NCBI GenBank assembly: GCA_048938445.1
Contig: JBHLME010000056.1
Span: forward strand, 1-27,991
From: Promethearchaeota archaeon
GTDB lineage: Archaea; Asgardarchaeota; Lokiarchaeia; Sigyniarchaeales; SOKP01
DNA: 27,991 nt
Direction: 5' to 3'
Shown: piece after piece, positions 8,328-18,178 of the stretch
Layout of the letters: each line of letters opens with the position of its first letter
How positions within the stretch are numbered: position 1 is the first letter of the stretch
Made by a program: the position numbers and the translations under genes
The notes under the pieces: model-generated
Databases searched by the model: none
Seen by the model: the letters and a program-made list of their open reading frames with translations, nothing else
Told to the model about the DNA's origin: nothing

Positions 8328-9443
8328 TCAGGTAAGATAATTCTTTGGAATATCTCGGAGAATATCTTCTGTATCTTTTATGATCTTCTGTACTATATCG
8401 TCAACTTTAGGCATATCACTGATGCGCTGGGCGACTTCTCCAGCGGCCATCATAGCTTTAGATTTATCGCCCATATACACTGCGCGAATTGATTCAATTT
8501 CGTAATCTATCAAGCTCATATCAATGGTGTTATAATCATCGGGCTTGCCTAGAAAGACTCCAGGTGAATTTTTAAGAGTATTGATTGCATGTTCTTGGCT
8601 GCGCTCGTTTTTTACCCAACGCGCGGGGCCAACGAAACCACGGGCTACAAGCGTTCCCCTATCACTAGCTTCCACGACACTTTCTTTCCAAATTTGATGG
8701 AAATCGCTCTCTTGCGTGGCTAAAAAACGAGTTCCCATTTGAACGCCATCGGCACCAAGAACGAGTGCTGCTGCTAGAGTTTTTCCGTCACAATAACCCC
8801 CTGCGCCCATGACAAGAGTCTTATCGTCAGAAACAGCGTCTACAACTGCTGGTAAGAGTATCATAGAATGTACTGGTTCCCAAGATGTATGGAATCCACC
8901 TTCGTGTCCAGATGCAACGATGACATCGACCTCCGATTTCTTGCATCTCAGTGCTCCCTTGACAGAAGGAACGACATGCATCCATATAAAGTCTGTGTTT
9001 TTAATTTTGTCTCGCCATGGTAATGGATCTCCTGCTGAAGTGAATATCACCTTGAAATGCTTTTTAATGTCCGGATTTTCGTCGCATACCTTTATGGCTG
9101 TATCTATGATAATCTCTGATTTTTCGACAAGTTCCGCTGATACCATGACGTTAATTCCAAAGATACCACCCTTGTCCTTGGTCAAACGATATGTACGTTT
9201 CAAAACATTTTCCATTACTGTTGCCATATCATCATCCATGGTTGAATCTGCGGTCTTAATAAACGCATCATAAATCCATGGTTGTATTTCTTTGTCGAAA
9301 AGGCCGCTTGTGGAAAGCAGTCCAAGAACACCTGCGTTAGCCGCGGCCACACAAAGATTATTATTGCTAAAAGGACCCATTCCCGCCTGTATGATCGGAT
9401 ATTTAGTCCCAACCAATTCACAAAATCTTGATTTTATCATCAT
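8328..9443 (-). CDS. Nitronate monooxygenase / FabK-like FMN-dependent oxidoreductase
   Basis: Motifs KYPIIQAGMG, SGHEGGFH, GAGGYCDG, LGADGVQMGTRFLATQES and AGEVAQRI. Confidence 0.9.
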   Translation of the reverse strand: MMIKSRFCELVGTKYPIIQAGMGPFSNNNLCVAAANAGVLGLLSTSGLFDKEIQPWIYDAFIKTADSTMDDDMATVMENVLKRTYRLTKDKGGIFGINVMVSAELVEKSEIIIDTAIKVCDENPDIKKHFKVIFTSAGDPLPWRDKIKNTDFIWMHVVPSVKGALRCKKSEVDVIVASGHEGGFHTSWEPVHSMILLPAVVDAVSDDKTLVMGAGGYCDGKTLAAALVLGADGVQMGTRFLATQESDFHQIWKESVVEASDRGTLVARGFVGPARWVKNERSQEHAINTLKNSPGVFLGKPDDYNTIDMSLIDYEIESIRAVYMGDKSKAMMAAGEVAQRISDMPKVDDIVQKIIKDTEDILRDIPKNYLT

Positions 9444-9849
9444 ATCTCATCTCTATTATTTAATTATTCTTTTATTCATCTCATATTCGCCGTTTAGTAA
9501 AAATTCATATTTTTCCTAAATCCTGTTATAGAAAACATCATCGGATATGAGACTTTAAAATTTATTTGGATGTAACAAATTTTTATTTATTTCAATATAA
9601 AATTAAGTAAGTAATTTTAATATCACTAACGTATTATTGGTATAAGTAGTTTGTCTTTTTACAAGAGATTTAAAACTAATCTCTTTTCTTAGGTGATTTT
9701 TAAAAAAACTCAAATGAAAACAATTCAAAAAACAAGAAATAATACAAATTCTTCTAAAACCTCATTAATGCCTTTTATCGTGTTTTCCGTTGTTTTTTGA
9801 AGCAATTTTTTTTACAGATTTTTTAATAACTTACCAATTTTTAAAATAT

Positions 9850-10839
9850 TCAAGCTATATTATCATTTGATCTTTTATAATATGGAGACTTCCTAAGTAA
9901 AACTAGATTCGCAAGGGGGGATATAATTTTTATACCTAATCTCCTAAATCGATGGCTTCGCTTTATTCTATCTACAAATTGTTGAAATGTCTCAGTTTGG
10001 AATTCCAATGCTTCTTGTGACTCTTTGGTGTCCAACCAATCAATATAAAACCAATCCTCTTTATTTAATGGTTTTTTAAAAGCTTTTTCTGAAGGTAATC
10101 TTAATCCAAAAGCATCTAAAAACCTTGTTAAGAAATCCTTTCCGATAAGTTGACAATTTTCACCACCTCCAATTAAAAATATTTTATCAGTTTGATCTAA
10201 TGTTGCAGCATTAGTGAATGCAATTCCACAATCAATTGATGAAATAAATTCAGTGCGTTGTTCAAGTGGTATATCGAATAAGATAGATATTAGTTCAAGT
10301 GAACCCTTTTCGGCTGAGACGGCGCCTAACCTCAGAATCATCCAAGGAAGCCCACTCTCTCTCAACATTTTTTCACATTCTACTTTTGAACGTGAATAAT
10401 GGTCGGAAGGATTCAAGGGATCATCAACCCTCCGGGGAGGTTCTAGATGCATTGTTGGACCAAAAACACTCACGGAACTTGCCATTATGAATCTTGGTTT
10501 TCTTTCCAACATTTTTGCCGCATTTATGAGATTTTGAGTTCCCTCAACATTTACCTTTCGCGCTAATTCGGGATTTTTTTCACTAAAAGGTGGAATGATG
10601 GCCGCAAGATGGATTATAGTATCAATTCCTTCAATGGCTTTACTTACATCATCAGTGTTGAGAATATTACCCCAAATCGTTTTAAATTGCCATTTTTTAG
10701 ATAATTTCTTAAGTGCTTTTTTATTAGCCGAATTCTGTAAATCAAAACATGTTACTTCATACTCCTGCTTGAGGAGTTGTTTCAGTGTATTTTGCCCTAC
10801 ATTTCCAAAGGCACCAGTTAAAAGGACTTTATTCTTCAT
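9850..10839 (-). CDS. Extended SDR, NAD-dependent epimerase/dehydratase (3-beta-HSD-like)
   Basis: Motifs TGAFGNVG, IIHLAA, VNVEGT, ASSVSVFG and the catalytic YSRSK. Confidence 0.9.
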   Translation of the reverse strand: MKNKVLLTGAFGNVGQNTLKQLLKQEYEVTCFDLQNSANKKALKKLSKKWQFKTIWGNILNTDDVSKAIEGIDTIIHLAAIIPPFSEKNPELARKVNVEGTQNLINAAKMLERKPRFIMASSVSVFGPTMHLEPPRRVDDPLNPSDHYSRSKVECEKMLRESGLPWMILRLGAVSAEKGSLELISILFDIPLEQRTEFISSIDCGIAFTNAATLDQTDKIFLIGGGENCQLIGKDFLTRFLDAFGLRLPSEKAFKKPLNKEDWFYIDWLDTKESQEALEFQTETFQQFVDRIKRSHRFRRLGIKIISPLANLVLLRKSPYYKRSNDNIA

Positions 10840-10945
10840 TTCTAATACTTTTTTTCGGTATGAATTACGTTTAGTTATAAAAGGAATTCAAATTTAATCA
10901 AACTTACGTTTATACATGATAAAATTCATGAAAAATTAAATTTTA

Positions 10946-10976
10946 TTATTTAATAATATTAAGCTTGAATTTTCAA
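10946..10976 (-). promoter_or_regulatory. Shared promoter/operator element, copy 1 (upstream of the SDR gene)
   Basis: ttatttaataatattaagcttgaattttcaa is 29/31 identical to 13565-13595 and contains the inverted repeat TTGAA-N2-TTCAA. Confidence 0.7.
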
Positions 10977-11032
10977 CATATCATTATTAATCTAAAATTT
11001 TAAAACAATTGAAAAAATGAAAAAAAAAGAAA

Positions 11033-13453
11033 TTACTCAGTTTCTTTTAAAACTTCATTGAGGATTTCTACTGTAGTTTCAATAATCATTTTTGAAGTCG
11101 CTTTTTTTATCATTTTAGCCATCATTTTAAAGGATCCAGATATTTCAAAATCTATTTTGATAAAAATACCTATACCAGAATCTATTTCTTCAAAACTTAT
11201 CGTATAGAACACGCTACCTGGTGCAGGAACCACTTCAAATTTTGTAGAAATTTCAGTTCTTGAACCAACTTCATTGTTTGAAAATTCCCTTCCTTGTGCT
11301 ATGGTTTTATGTTGGGCAATTGCATCAAAAAAATTGTTTGTTATTTTTCCTAAATCTGCTGGTTTTTCTTTTAATTCAAAAATTTTCTCCTTTTCCTCAG
11401 ATGTGTCTTTATCCTTAGATTTACCCTTATCACCAGAAGTAACCACAACCCTTACACGACCAAGATTGGGGATTCGTGCATAAGGGGTATTAGGATTTCC
11501 TTGTCTATGTGAAGATGCTCGAGCTGCTGGAAAATAAGTACCAGCTTTAGAAAAAGCATATTTTGTAGTTACTTCCACATGGGTACTTTTGGTGTCTTTA
11601 AGTTTTGAAGTGATTGGGAAGTCACCTTCACCTTCAAAATCCCATTCTACCCCGACTACTGAACCTGCATCTGGTGGTGTTTCGATAACTGCATTGAACT
11701 TAACTTTTTCCCCTACTTTAACATCTGCTCGCTCGCCACCGTTTACAGTTAAATTAATCACTGGTTGAACTCCTTTTCGCTCCGCTGCGGTTGGAGGTAC
11801 TTCTACTTGACCATCAACTATCTTGTAAGTAGTACTTAAAGGGGGTTTTATGCCTTTTTCAACCCATGCGCTTACGTCACGTAGCGCTTGTTGCAATACA
11901 GGTCCATAATTAATAATGCGTGTATGAATTGATGGAGGAGGATCTAAAGGTGTAGCTATTGGAGGTGTATGCATGGCATGGTCGATATACCAGAGTCGGT
12001 AATTATCATCAAATTGTTCTCCTAAATGTTCTTTTATTTTCGAACGGTACCAGTCCGCCTGCCAAGGATATGCAATTTCATCCATCAAACACTCAATAAC
12101 GATCATTTTACCATTAATTTTACCACTAGGGATCGAACCAGTTCCTCCTTTAGTATAAAGCGGACCCATCAATATGGAACGTTGTGGATACAATGGGTTG
12201 CCATCAGCATCCCGGTATTGATCATAGACATAATGATCGGGATCTGGAATCTGGTGTCGATGATAAGTTTGAGAGGCAAGATAAACCGAGTTGTCGATCT
12301 CCACTTTGTCACCTACTTTGACAGCAGCCAGACTTTGGAAGTGGGATTCGCCGAATCCTACCATGACAAAATTATCGAACGCTCCAGCCACGTAGAATAT
12401 ATGTCCCTCAGCATCACCACTTTTCAGGATTATTGAGGCTCCTTGTATGTCACCCTCTGGCAAATCTTCCATTATAAGCGCTGCTGGGACTTTTGTATTA
12501 CCAGTACTCCCTGCTGACAGGGACACATTAATACCCATTTCTTTCAGATCTTCGGGCATTATTAATTTGCTGATAGTGGTCTCGTGATGGATTCGGGCAC
12601 GTCGGAGCGACTCGGGCGGATTTGCACCAAGGTAACCCGGTTCCTTCCAAAAATCCTCGAAATAAGTCGGGTCCTTTTCGATCGTTAAATCTATGAGGGA
12701 GGAAAAGACTCCGGTGTAGCCAAAAGCAATTCTCCTGTAATTAAACCAAGCTCGTGGTGGAAATCCAAACTTAGTTATTTCGATCAGTGCTTCTCTTTCC
12801 TCATCATTCAAGTTTGCATACATATCACCGCTACCCCCCGGTTCTATCGCGTCAATGATTGAATCTATCTTATCTCTTAGTATTCGCATTGTATGAGCCT
12901 GAATTGTAAAATTATTTATCATAGCCATTGGTGTTGCATGAATAAATGGCACCACACCGTCCCAGACACCATTTGTTTCCTCTATACAAGCTATGGTCTT
13001 AAATCCTCCACCACTACCTCCCCAAGCATAACCAAAGGGGCGATGGGGACCATACATTTCAGCGGCTAAAACGCGCGAATATTGTGCTACGGCTGCACTA
13101 GCTCGATATCCAGTGATAGAGGGATCTTCGCCAGGAAACATATCTAATCTTCCCAAGTTTGATTCCACAAAATAAGCACCACTTTCAAAGGCAAAACCTA
13201 AAGAGTAGCTGGGATTAGGATACTCTGGTTTTTGTGCAGCAGTTTCTTTTCCTGATATTGCCATGATATACTGGAAAAACCGACCTTCATATTTTTTTTT
13301 TGGTGGAAAGTATATCGAAAACCGAGCATCAGTGCCTTTAAAACCGCCATGGACATATCGATGACGCACGGGTTCGTCTCGCCACTCATCAATATCAATA
13401 TATGGCTGGTTAAAAATTGGATCTTCTGATCCATCAAACTCAATTTTTTGCAT
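11033..13453 (-). CDS. Large alpha/beta-hydrolase-like protein (tannase/feruloyl esterase-like) with PKD domain and an extra C-terminal domain
   Basis: Nucleophile elbow WGGSGGG, candidate Asp (MDEIA) and His (HAMH), and a PKD-like VEWDFEGEG...YAFSKAGTY. A charged linker leads to an ~120-aa tail. No signal peptide is evident. Confidence 0.7.
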   Translation of the reverse strand: MQKIEFDGSEDPIFNQPYIDIDEWRDEPVRHRYVHGGFKGTDARFSIYFPPKKKYEGRFFQYIMAISGKETAAQKPEYPNPSYSLGFAFESGAYFVESNLGRLDMFPGEDPSITGYRASAAVAQYSRVLAAEMYGPHRPFGYAWGGSGGGFKTIACIEETNGVWDGVVPFIHATPMAMINNFTIQAHTMRILRDKIDSIIDAIEPGGSGDMYANLNDEEREALIEITKFGFPPRAWFNYRRIAFGYTGVFSSLIDLTIEKDPTYFEDFWKEPGYLGANPPESLRRARIHHETTISKLIMPEDLKEMGINVSLSAGSTGNTKVPAALIMEDLPEGDIQGASIILKSGDAEGHIFYVAGAFDNFVMVGFGESHFQSLAAVKVGDKVEIDNSVYLASQTYHRHQIPDPDHYVYDQYRDADGNPLYPQRSILMGPLYTKGGTGSIPSGKINGKMIVIECLMDEIAYPWQADWYRSKIKEHLGEQFDDNYRLWYIDHAMHTPPIATPLDPPPSIHTRIINYGPVLQQALRDVSAWVEKGIKPPLSTTYKIVDGQVEVPPTAAERKGVQPVINLTVNGGERADVKVGEKVKFNAVIETPPDAGSVVGVEWDFEGEGDFPITSKLKDTKSTHVEVTTKYAFSKAGTYFPAARASSHRQGNPNTPYARIPNLGRVRVVVTSGDKGKSKDKDTSEEKEKIFELKEKPADLGKITNNFFDAIAQHKTIAQGREFSNNEVGSRTEISTKFEVVPAPGSVFYTISFEEIDSGIGIFIKIDFEISGSFKMMAKMIKKATSKMIIETTVEILNEVLKETE

Positions 13454-13564
13454 GAATATAAACCATTATTTTTAGTTATGAAAAACGTTTGTTTTTCATT
13501 TTTAAATTAATTTTATTCAAACTTTCGGAAATACTCCAAAAAGTTAATAAGAAGAGAGATTTTT

Positions 13565-13596
13565 TTATTTAATAAATTTAAGCTTGAATTTTCAAG
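13565..13596. promoter_or_regulatory. Shared promoter/operator element, copy 2 (divergent hydrolase/HTH_10 intergenic region)
   Basis: ttatttaataaatttaagcttgaattttcaag includes the perfect inverted repeat CTTGAA-TT-TTCAAG at 13583-13596. Confidence 0.7.
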
Positions 13597-13630
13597 TTAT
13601 CAAAAAATTCATAAAAATTTATAATAAAAA

Positions 13631-14278
13631 ATGAAGAAATTAAAAAAGATCGTTTTAAAAGTACCTTTAGATACAAGATCTAAGCCATTTTTTGATCTAA
13701 TGGAAAAATATGAATTACTACAAGTACACCGTCTTGATGATGATCAAATCTCTTCAACTCAGAAGGTAAAATTCAAGGATAATAAAATGCATCCAAAAAT
13801 GATGGAAGGTGAACCTTTTGGAATGTCATATATAGAAGTTATAGAACATGATAGGGCAAAAAATGAATTTATTTTCTTTTCTAAGATTAAATTGCCTAAG
13901 AAAACGAAAAAATTACTTGATAAACTAGAACTGATTATCGATCCACCTATTATTTTAGATAAAGATCAACTTTTAGTAAATGTTATAACAGATAGTGAAA
14001 ATATTGATGAATTGGTTAGTTCCCTAAATTTATATTATGATAGAGAATTGGAGATTCTAAGTATATCTCAAATTCATCCTAACTATGAAAATCTTTTTTT
14101 AGAATTAACGGACCGTCAGAAAGAAATTGTGTATTATGCTATTCAACATGGATATTTTGAAATACCTCGTAGAATCAATTCAAAGAAAATCGCTACTCAT
14201 TTTAAAATTTCTCGGAGTGCATTATATGAACACTTGCGAAAAATAGAAAGAACAATTTATCACTCAATATTCCATTAA
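13631..14278 (+). CDS. HTH_10 (bacterio-opsin activator-type) archaeal transcriptional regulator
   Basis: C-terminal LTDRQKEIV..AIQHGYFEIPRRIN...IA..F.ISRSALYEHLRKIE. Confidence 0.9.
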   Translation: MKKLKKIVLKVPLDTRSKPFFDLMEKYELLQVHRLDDDQISSTQKVKFKDNKMHPKMMEGEPFGMSYIEVIEHDRAKNEFIFFSKIKLPKKTKKLLDKLELIIDPPIILDKDQLLVNVITDSENIDELVSSLNLYYDRELEILSISQIHPNYENLFLELTDRQKEIVYYAIQHGYFEIPRRINSKKIATHFKISRSALYEHLRKIERTIYHSIFH

Positions 14279-14545
14279 AAGATTATGTTGTAGCCATATT
14301 TATTTAAAAAATTTAGTATTTATTCTTCAATCATACTTTAATCCTTTCTTCTCCATTTTTTTTATGTAAAATTTATATTTTTTTTTAACAAGAATATGAG
14401 AAAGAAGTATCTCATTCAGATTAAAAAAATTGGTTTAAACAAGTATTTGTTTTCAAAAATAAAAAAATCTTGTCTAATATTTTTTGAATAAGTAAATAGT
14501 TGAAATATAAATATATTGAGTTATAGAATTGTGATAGAAATATTT

Positions 14546-14564
14546 AAATGTCCGACGGTCATTT
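14546..14564 (+). promoter_or_regulatory. Putative TetR operator overlapping the GRE promoter
   Basis: Pseudo-palindrome AAATGTCCGACGGTCATTT overlaps the 3' end of a BRE/TATA-like GAAATATTTAAAT and ends 8 nt before the ATG. Confidence 0.7.
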
Positions 14565-14572
14565 ATTAACAT

Positions 14573-17026
14573 ATGGTAGTTCAAAATTTAAAAATGGCTC
14601 CTCTCCAAGGATTTCCTTCTGAGAGAGTTCGAAAGATTAGAGATAAGATGTTATCTAGCCCGTTTGAATATGATATTGAGCGAGCAAGATGTTACACAAG
14701 AATATGGAAGCAGATGTTAGACTCACCTCCCTGCATACGGAAAGCTAAAGCATTAGAGGAATTTATACGTTGCCTTCCTATAAGGATTGATGATGATGAA
14801 CTACTTGTAGGAGTAAAATCTAGTAAAATAAGAGCTGATCCTTTTGAAATAGAACTTGGGTCGCATGTTAACATTTTTGGTATTCTCTTAAACGATAAGA
14901 TCAAAAGGAGCGCTAAAAAGGCATTCACTAGCATGTTTAACAATCTTGAGCGTTATGCTCCTCTTACAGAACAAGAAATCAATGAGTTGAATAATGATAT
15001 TATTCCTTTCTGGCAGGAGAGAACTGTATGTAGCCGAAAAGGAGAAGTTTTAAGAGATGCAGGATTATACACTGATTTTACTGGACCTATGGCTGATATA
15101 TTTAGTAGATTTTTATTGCAGAATCCGGATTTTTATACATTACTGGCCGATGTTCAAGGACATGTCATTCCAGGTTATAAACGGGTTTTAAAAATAGGAT
15201 TTAAGGGAATAGAAAAAATGGCTACAGAAGGTCTTTCCAAACTCAAGGAAACAGATGATAATTATGAACAACGTAAGGATTTTTATGAAGCTGTTTTGGT
15301 AACTTCTCGAGCCGTCTGTGATTATTCCAATCGGTATGCTGATTTAGCCCTGGAAATGGCTGAAAATGCTAAAGAGGAAAGAAAAGCAGAGCTCTTAGAA
15401 ATTGCCGAACGCGCAAGGAGAGTACCAGCTCTCCCGCCTAGATCTTTTATGGAAGCAATTCAATCTGTATGGATGACGAATGTTGTTATGGAAATGAGTT
15501 ATGGAGAGATGAATGTCTTTTCTCAAGGGCGAGTAGACCAATATCTTTATCCTTATTATGCCGCCGATTTAGCAGAAGGAAAGATTACTTATGAAGAAGC
15601 TTTGGGAGCAATTGAAGAATATTTAGTGAAACTTTCTTCAGTTGTTATAGCAGGACAGAACAACATAACTATTGGGGGGTTAGATAAGGATGGAAATGAT
15701 GCTACTAATGATGTATCATACTTGTTCCTTGAGGCTATTGCAAATGTAAAAAGTTTATTAAATACACTGTCAATACGGATATCTTCTAAAACACCTCACG
15801 AGTTTTTGAAAAGAGTTATTGAAACATATCGACATACTGCAGGAATGGCCATTCATTATGATGACATATTAATCCCACAACTTCAAAAAGATGGTTATTC
15901 ATTAGAAGATGCCCGAGACTATTCAATTGTTGGATGCGTGGAACCTACAGGTACGGGTAATGATTTTTCCTATACGGGAGGTAATGGTATTTTTATGGGA
16001 GTGGTTTTTAACATGGCATTAAATGAAGGACGTGTTCTTATGACAGGAGATCGACAAGTTGGTGCAAAAACTCCCGATCCTAGTACTTTTAAATCTTTTG
16101 AGGATGTAAAGCAAGCATTTGTAGATCAACTTACTTACGCAATAGATAGAACTGTGAAAATGGCGGAGTTAAAAGACAAAGTATTTGCAGAAGAATTTCC
16201 CTCTCCATTAATATCCTCTACGATAGAAGGATGCTTAGAGAGTGGTATGGATATCACCAGAAATGGGGCACGTTATAATAATAGTTGTATGAATGGAGAA
16301 GCACTAGGAACCGTAGCTAACTCGCTTGCAGCAATACAGTGGGCGGTATACGAAAAAAATTTACTCACAATGGGAGAATTGGTTAATCATCTTCGTAATA
16401 ACTTCAAGGGCGCAGAAGCGCTTAGGGAACAATTATTGAATAAGGCTCCTAAATATGGCAATGGTGATGAAGAAGCAGATGAACTTGCAAGATGGCTCAT
16501 GCAAATTTTTAGTGAAATTCCAAGAAAATATCATGTAAGGGGTGGAAATGGTATATATCGCTCTAGCCTTGTATCTGCTGCAGGATCACATGTCATGGAG
16601 GGTAAAATGTTAGGTGCTACTCCAGATGGAAGATTACATGGAGAACCCGTATCAAACGGACTTTCTCCTGTAAACGGCACAGAACATAATGGTCTTACTA
16701 TGGTGCTCCGATCAGTAGCTCTAGCTTCACGTGATGCTCTCCTTACAGATGGAGTGGCTCTAAATGTAAGAGTTAATCCAAGCTCAATAGAGGATGATGA
16801 GGGAATAGATAAGCTAGCGTCTATAGTAGAGGCTTATTTTGATTTAGGAGGAAGAGAGCTTCAGATTAATCCAATAAGTTCAGAAATACTAAGAGATGCA
16901 CAAGCTCATCCAGAAAAATATCCTGACCTTTCAGTTAAGGTATCGGGTTATTCTGCTCGGTTTATAGATCTTAGCAAAAACCTTCAGGATGATATCATTG
17001 CACGAACTGTTTTCAATTACATCTAA
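14573..17026 (+). CDS. Glycyl radical enzyme (PFL family, eliminase/dehydratase-like, substrate unknown)
   Basis: Motifs I.DDELLVG, GRVDQYLYPYY, single-Cys loop IVGCVEP, APKYGN, GATPDGR, and glycyl loop DLSVKVSGYSARF. It lacks the CC pair of true PFL. Confidence 0.93.
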   Translation: MVVQNLKMAPLQGFPSERVRKIRDKMLSSPFEYDIERARCYTRIWKQMLDSPPCIRKAKALEEFIRCLPIRIDDDELLVGVKSSKIRADPFEIELGSHVNIFGILLNDKIKRSAKKAFTSMFNNLERYAPLTEQEINELNNDIIPFWQERTVCSRKGEVLRDAGLYTDFTGPMADIFSRFLLQNPDFYTLLADVQGHVIPGYKRVLKIGFKGIEKMATEGLSKLKETDDNYEQRKDFYEAVLVTSRAVCDYSNRYADLALEMAENAKEERKAELLEIAERARRVPALPPRSFMEAIQSVWMTNVVMEMSYGEMNVFSQGRVDQYLYPYYAADLAEGKITYEEALGAIEEYLVKLSSVVIAGQNNITIGGLDKDGNDATNDVSYLFLEAIANVKSLLNTLSIRISSKTPHEFLKRVIETYRHTAGMAIHYDDILIPQLQKDGYSLEDARDYSIVGCVEPTGTGNDFSYTGGNGIFMGVVFNMALNEGRVLMTGDRQVGAKTPDPSTFKSFEDVKQAFVDQLTYAIDRTVKMAELKDKVFAEEFPSPLISSTIEGCLESGMDITRNGARYNNSCMNGEALGTVANSLAAIQWAVYEKNLLTMGELVNHLRNNFKGAEALREQLLNKAPKYGNGDEEADELARWLMQIFSEIPRKYHVRGGNGIYRSSLVSAAGSHVMEGKMLGATPDGRLHGEPVSNGLSPVNGTEHNGLTMVLRSVALASRDALLTDGVALNVRVNPSSIEDDEGIDKLASIVEAYFDLGGRELQINPISSEILRDAQAHPEKYPDLSVKVSGYSARFIDLSKNLQDDIIARTVFNYI

Positions 17027-17121
17027 ACTTTAATTTAAATTCTAAATTTTTCATATTTTTTTTCTTTTTGATATTAGAGTTTTAATATATTTAAGATATC
17101 TTTGAATTAATGACCTTCAAA

Positions 17122-17793
17122 TCAAATAATATACGCTTTCTCCAGTCGATTTCTGAATTCTTTTAAAAAAAATTTGCGAAATTCTTCACTAGTCAATAAA
17201 TATTTATCATTATTAGAGGATTTCGTGATTTTATAAGTTAAATTTAGGTCTGCTTCGAATTTAGCCGCCCCAAGACAGGTTGCGTACATGTAATAATATA
17301 ACGCAATTGGATTTTTTTCCTTGTTCTTTCCTTCTTCAACCGCTTTAAGCACAATATTAATACCTTTTTTTATGACATCAAGTGGTCGATACTTTTCTTC
17401 GTATGGGCCAATTTTATTTGATGATGGCGCTCGAATGAAAAACATTATTTCAAATCTTTTTTTATCTTCGGCCGCAAATTCAAGGAAATATTGCGCCCAT
17501 TTAACTCCTAACTCCACATTATTTCCATCGTGATTTTTTAGAATCTCAGCAAATCCCTTTTCATACTCAGAAAAATAACGTGTTCTAATTGCGTACCACA
17601 ATTCTCTCTTAGATATGATATAATTGTACAAGTTGGATTTTGACATGTTTAATTTACTTGCTAATTCCCTCAAGCTAAATCCGTGAGAACCATATTCTAC
17701 AAAAAGATTTCTCCCGACTTCTAATATTTCATCAAATTGTTTTCTCTTTTTTTCGGGAGCTCTTGCTCTAGTTTTTCTTTTTCTTTCAACCAT
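17122..17793 (-). CDS. TetR/AcrR family transcriptional regulator
   Basis: N-terminal HTH ILEVGRNLF.EYG..GFSLRELASKLNMSKSNLYNY..SKREL. Confidence 0.92.
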   Translation of the reverse strand: MVERKRKTRARAPEKKRKQFDEILEVGRNLFVEYGSHGFSLRELASKLNMSKSNLYNYIISKRELWYAIRTRYFSEYEKGFAEILKNHDGNNVELGVKWAQYFLEFAAEDKKRFEIMFFIRAPSSNKIGPYEEKYRPLDVIKKGINIVLKAVEEGKNKEKNPIALYYYMYATCLGAAKFEADLNLTYKITKSSNNDKYLLTSEEFRKFFLKEFRNRLEKAYII

Positions 17794-17934
17794 TATGTAT
17801 TAGAATTATACAATAAAATAAAAATCATTTTATAATGATAGTATTGAATATGCATTTTCTGTTACATCTCTCTTTCAAAAACATCATGTTTTTAAAGTGT
17901 TTCATATTTTAAACTAACATTATTATTATTGATT

Positions 17935-17953
17935 AAATTAACGACGGTCATAT
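17935..17953 (-). promoter_or_regulatory. Putative TetR autoregulatory operator
   Basis: AAATTAACGACGGTCATAT. On the minus strand it directly follows a TATA-like TTAATATATA. It lies within a 28-bp stretch that is 27/28 identical to 22983-23010. Confidence 0.7.
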
Positions 17954-18178
17954 ATATATTAAGGTTGCCTAAAAAATCATATTTTTAGCGAAAAACGATT
18001 TATGATGCAAAAAAGACATTTTACTTTTTTTAAAATAAAGTAAAATGAATTTGAATTAATATTGATTGAAAAGAAATAGAAAATAATGAATATATATTAA
18101 ATTCACTATAAGCACATAAAAATAAATTTGGGAAAGTAAATATGGCAATAAACATAATCAAGAATAGGAAGATTGTAA

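Noticed and set aside
10946-13595. 31-bp direct repeats flanking the hydrolase gene read as att sites or ends of a mobile element
   Set aside because: No integrase or transposase is present. Both copies sit at equivalent promoter distances and contain a palindrome plus a TATA-like sequence, so a regulatory role explains them better. A mobile origin is not fully excluded.
14573-17026. Calling the GRE pflB or cutC
   Set aside because: It has no adjacent CC pair, and no activase or microcompartment genes are nearby. Specificity residues cannot be matched confidently.
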